From positions 1 to 14,957 of the forward strand of contig JBHIAI010000038.1 of the NCBI GenBank assembly GCA_046861655.1: DNA of 14,957 bases. Reading direction: 5' to 3'. This document shows, piece after piece, positions 14,957-14,957 of the stretch; the stretch's first letter is position 1, and every line of letters begins with the position of its first letter. A program made the position numbers and the translations under genes. Source of the stretch: Fidelibacterota bacterium. GTDB lineage: Bacteria > Fidelibacterota > Marinisomatia > Marinisomatales > S15-B10. A model generated the notes under the pieces. That model was not told the DNA's origin. It made no database searches and saw only the letters and a program-made list of their open reading frames with translations.

Positions 14957-14957
14957 T

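Overview
Bacterial window from a diderm; the gene content suggests an FCB-superphylum-type organism (inference only). The + strand carries two small hydrophobic ORFs (the first 5'-truncated), a ~320 bp intergenic block packed with stem-loops, and a 995-aa HExxH metallopeptidase/beta-propeller/Omp85-type barrel protein. Next is a two-gene - strand cassette: a cysteine-synthase-like PLP fold-II protein whose Schiff-base Lys is replaced by Tyr, followed by a GAF/AAA+/HTH sigma-54-activator-like protein whose GAFTGA loop reads RSATDV. Divergent from this cassette is a consensus sigma-54 promoter (TGGCACG-GGAT-TTGCA) ahead of a Tyr/Trp/Pro-rich lipoprotein and an OmpP1/FadL-family barrel. Then come a GNAT acetyltransferase, an M28 peptidase lipoprotein, a secreted His/Met-tailed protein, ogt, a DUF502 protein, plsY and a convergent, 5'-truncated DUF885 gene. 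The best candidate for an undescribed system is the Lys-less CysK-like protein paired with the non-canonical enhancer-binding protein next to the sigma-54 promoter. The second is the structured non-coding block at 493-805, part of which resembles an element at 12603-12667. All family calls come from motif recognition by eye; no searches were run.
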